From Candidatus Parcubacteria bacterium (lineage in GTDB: Bacteria; Patescibacteriota; Minisyncoccia; UBA6257; HR35): a stretch of 64,000 nucleotides of DNA. The position numbers and the translations under genes were made by a program. The notes beneath the pieces are model-generated. The model saw only the letters and a program-made list of their open reading frames with translations, made no database searches and was not told where the DNA came from. Of the stretch, positions 60,769 to 64,000 are shown in pieces (position 1 is the first letter of the stretch; every line of letters begins with the position of its first letter). Where the stretch lies: contig BPJG01000001.1 of the NCBI GenBank assembly GCA_026004495.1, positions 277,133-341,132 on the forward strand, given 5' to 3'.

Positions 60769-63700
60769 TCTTTTTTGGCTTAATAAAATTAATTGTCTCG
60801 AATATATTGCCTGTTAAATTTTTAACGATTAAAGCTAAAAACTTACCAAAATTATTTGCTGATCCTCCATCACCTCCATCTTCTTCTAGGGGCGGACCCG
60901 AAGAACCACTACTTTGATTTCTTATTTGAGCATTAATAGAAGCTTCTAATTCAATAATTGAATTATTATAATCCTCACATAACGAAGAAAGTTCGGTATC
61001 GATATTATTTAATTCTTCTATTATTTTTTGTATTTCTTGATAAACATTATTTATTTGATTTTGATCAATTCCTGATTGTTGGAAAATCTTATCCATTTCA
61101 TTGTCATGTTGTTGCTTTAATTTAGTTAATTGAGTATTTAATTGATTTATTTGATTTTGAGTGTTAATAATATTATTTTTGTTTATAAAATTAAATAAGT
61201 CTTTAAAATTAGATGAAATTCTTAATAAAAGTCGAAATACTTCTCGAGTATTAAGTTGAATTGAATAATTATTAGGACCTTGTAAAGTAAAGGAATGATT
61301 TAAGTCAGACAATTTTGGATCACTGGTATTGTTAATAAATTTTAAAGTTCTTGAAGCAATCTCTTCTAAATTAGTAAAAAAAGTATTTAATCTATCAATA
61401 TCTGGTTTAGTCATGGTAGCAGTACCGTTAAGGAAATTGTTTAATTGACTAGTAACTGCAGTTAATAAATTCTGTTGATTTTCTGAAACAGCTGCTGATT
61501 GCGGAATGCTATATAAAATAGCAAAAATTTTAGCTGACATATCTGCAATCACAAAATCTGGATGTCGTTCAATATTAATAGACGTTCTTTTTGACCCAAA
61601 AACATCTTCTGTTATAATTATCGATGCTAAATTTGTATTAAAAAAAGAGCCAATATTATTAAGCCCTGCTATTGCATTAACTAATTCAGGATAAAAATGG
61701 TCATAAAAACTTAACCTTATTGAGGAGCCTAAGCTTAAAATTTTTATATTTGAGCCATACTCCGAATTACTAAATGGAATATTAAATATAGGCTCATGAT
61801 AATAATACCTAGGATCAGGATGAATGTCGTTTACATTGGCATTAAGAAAAAGATTGCTAATTTTAGGATTGTTAACATCTCTTAAAATTTGATCTATTTT
61901 TTCTTGAATTTGTTTTTTTGTTTGCTCAATGTCTGATGAAAGTTTATTAATTTCTTGATTTAACCTATCAATTTCTTTAGTTATAGTTGAATTATTTAGG
62001 TTATTTAAAGTAGTAATTAATTGATTTAATGTTGTACTGGCTAAGTTGAGGTGTTGTTGAGTGTTAGAACTTAATTCGTTTAACCTTGATGAGATATTCT
62101 CTAGTCCATTAGAATAATTATTAAGTTGACCCAAGAATAACCCTGGATTGTTAAGAAATGCTATATAATTTGTAGTTATGGTGGTAATAGCATCTGTTAT
62201 GGTAGCATAATAAGCTGAGTTTTTATTTTGTAAATTAGGTATAAGCTCAATAATTTGTTTAATTTCGATTAATTTATTTTGAACGTTAAATGTATTCATT
62301 CCTAAACCAAGTGCTCTGTTGTCAAAAACAACATTTTGACAGACTTCTTTTAGCCCAGTAACTCCAGAATTATTTAATTTGTCACAATCTTTTTGTTGTT
62401 GAGAGTATATTTTGTCCAAATTATTTTGTATAAATAATTCTTGGTTTTCTCCTTTATTAAAATCAGCAAAGCCTTTATCGATTAAATTAAATAAACTACT
62501 GTTTATCCATCCCCTGATAAAGGTTGCAATAACATTACCTGAAGAAGATTGATTAAGAAAATCAAATGTATTTTTTGAAATTTTTTCTCGTAAATCTTCA
62601 TAGGTAGCAATTGGATTTTTAATTTCGTCCTTTTTAATACAAAAACTACTTTCACCAGTGATTCCACTCTTTCTTTGCTGGTCAGCAATTTTTTTATATT
62701 CGTTAATGGTATTTTGTAAGCTAGCTATTTTATTATTATCAGGGTTTGATTTTTTTTGTTCTTCTTCTAATTGAGCTTGAAGGGTTTCTAATTTAGCTTC
62801 AGCATCAGTTTTAAGACAGGCAGTTTTAGGCATAAATGTTGTTCCGCCTGGTTCATTAGAATAGGCATTAAATGTTGATAATTCTTCATCTAATTCTTGA
62901 AATATTTTAGCTGTTGAAGTATTAAAAATTAAATTACAATTAGCAATTTCAATAGCCTGATTAATAATTTGCTCTTGATCAATTAGTTTATTTTGATCAA
63001 GATTATTTCTTGTTTGTCCCAAAAGATTCCTTAAGTTAATAATTTTAAAAGGATTAGCAAAGAAATTTCCTAATTTAAGGGCTAAATTTTTTTCATTATT
63101 TTCTGCCCTAGCCAAGATTTGATTAGTTGGTTTAATATAGGCAGTTAAAGTAGCTGAACTTTTTTGAACTATAACCGAAGGACTTAAGCCTAAGGCTGTA
63201 TATATGTGAAAGGTATTGGGATCATTAGGATCACAATTAGGTTTATTTAAAATACTAAATCTATTTGTTTTAGTTATCGATCTAAAAATTTTTTTTGCTG
63301 CCTTAGGATCTTTTGATTTATCCATAAATGCACTCGCTTTAGCATTTAGTTCCTTTAATAAGTTATAAGCACAAGCTTTTACTTCAAAGGGTAAACATTG
63401 AATATTTTCATCTTGAGTATAAGGTTTTAATAATTTATCAACAGCTCGAGTATAGGCTTGACTCATCCTTAAGTATCTATATTGTTGAATATCAGGAATA
63501 AAATTCTTGGATATTTTATTATAGACCAAATTTTCTAAAGTAGATTTTAATTTAAATTTAAAATAATCTTGGGAATCACTAAGTCCTAATTTTATTCCTG
63601 TTTCAAGTTGGGTAACAAAATTTTTTGCTGTTTCTTCAATGCTTTTGCCAATTAATCCTTGGGAACCCTTATCATCAGTAGGCACACTACCACCACCAAA

Positions 63701-64000
63701 TAATCCTCCCAATCCTCCCAAAAGATTTCCTAAAAAATTACCAACAATACTAGCAATTTTAGACATGCCCTCCATTATTAATTGATTTTTTACCATTTCA
63801 ATAAATGTTTTAAAATTAAAATTAAAATTACCCTTACCAACACCAGGCATTGGTAGGGGTAGATAACCATAATCAGGAACAGCATTTTCTAAGCACTCAA
63901 TAACTTGATTTAAATTATTAACTATAGTAGGAAAGTTTCTTGAAATACAACCTGTATTAATCCCAGATGACCCAACACAAGATCTAAGATTATTAAAATC
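60755..64000 (-). CDS. Large coiled-coil secreted protein of the T4SS-like cluster, partial (frame open beyond the right edge)
   Basis: The frame stays open for 50 codons upstream of the tracked Met at 63850 (DFNNLRSCVG...). Contains a GGSVPTDD motif, Cys pairs and N/Q-rich heptads. Confidence 0.7.
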   Translation of the reverse strand, partial: DFNNLRSCVGSSGINTGCISRNFPTIVNNLNQVIECLENAVPDYGYLPLPMPGVGKGNFNFNFKTFIEMVKNQLIMEGMSKIASIVGNFLGNLLGGLGGLFGGGSVPTDDKGSQGLIGKSIEETAKNFVTQLETGIKLGLSDSQDYFKFKLKSTLENLVYNKISKNFIPDIQQYRYLRMSQAYTRAVDKLLKPYTQDENIQCLPFEVKACAYNLLKELNAKASAFMDKSKDPKAAKKIFRSITKTNRFSILNKPNCDPNDPNTFHIYTALGLSPSVIVQKSSATLTAYIKPTNQILARAENNEKNLALKLGNFFANPFKIINLRNLLGQTRNNLDQNKLIDQEQIINQAIEIANCNLIFNTSTAKIFQELDEELSTFNAYSNEPGGTTFMPKTACLKTDAEAKLETLQAQLEEEQKKSNPDNNKIASLQNTINEYKKIADQQRKSGITGESSFCIKKDEIKNPIATYEDLREKISKNTFDFLNQSSSGNVIATFIRGWINSSLFNLIDKGFADFNKGENQELFIQNNLDKIYSQQQKDCDKLNNSGVTGLKEVCQNVVFDNRALGLGMNTFNVQNKLIEIKQIIELIPNLQNKNSAYYATITDAITTITTNYIAFLNNPGLFLGQLNNYSNGLENISSRLNELSSNTQQHLNLASTTLNQLITTLNNLNNSTITKEIDRLNQEINKLSSDIEQTKKQIQEKIDQILRDVNNPKISNLFLNANVNDIHPDPRYYYHEPIFNIPFSNSEYGSNIKILSLGSSIRLSFYDHFYPELVNAIAGLNNIGSFFNTNLASIIITEDVFGSKRTSINIERHPDFVIADMSAKIFAILYSIPQSAAVSENQQNLLTAVTSQLNNFLNGTATMTKPDIDRLNTFFTNLEEIASRTLKFINNTSDPKLSDLNHSFTLQGPNNYSIQLNTREVFRLLLRISSNFKDLFNFINKNNIINTQNQINQLNTQLTKLKQQHDNEMDKIFQQSGIDQNQINNVYQEIQKIIEELNNIDTELSSLCEDYNNSIIELEASINAQIRNQSSGSSGPPLEEDGGDGGSANNFGKFLALIVKNLTGNIFETINFIKPKKIEIK

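Overview
Very AT-rich chromosomal window from a reduced-genome bacterium. The gene repertoire (VirB2-like pilin arrays, PrgI/VirB4/VirB6-like cluster, compact IF2, tRNAs without encoded CCA) points to Patescibacteria/CPR, probably Parcubacteria, using genetic code 11. From left to right: (i) the edge of a higher-GC island at tRNA-Glu, carrying an MboII-like type IIS restriction-modification system (XRE regulator, two methylases, REase) and a large serine recombinase; (ii) housekeeping genes (rbfA, infB, murE, tsaD, iscS, pgk, gltX, polA, tsaE, yebC, rplS, serS), 8 tRNAs and a stand-alone 23S rRNA with its own promoter; (iii) seven pilin-like genes divergent from comM; (iv) the dnaN-dnaA-rpmH-rnpA-yidC origin region; (v) a T4SS-like cluster running off the right end. 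The most striking feature is a perfect 72-bp inverted repeat (2862-2933 / 4429-4500) bracketing the recombinase gene. One copy lies inside the gene's 3' end and supplies the tRNA-Glu CCA. The other is followed by an in-frame alternative C-terminus, so flipping the 1.64-kb segment would swap the enzyme's tail and its transcriptional context. A consensus promoter and a cluster of GAA/AAA-loop hairpins lie just upstream. All family calls come from reading motifs by eye; no database searches were run.
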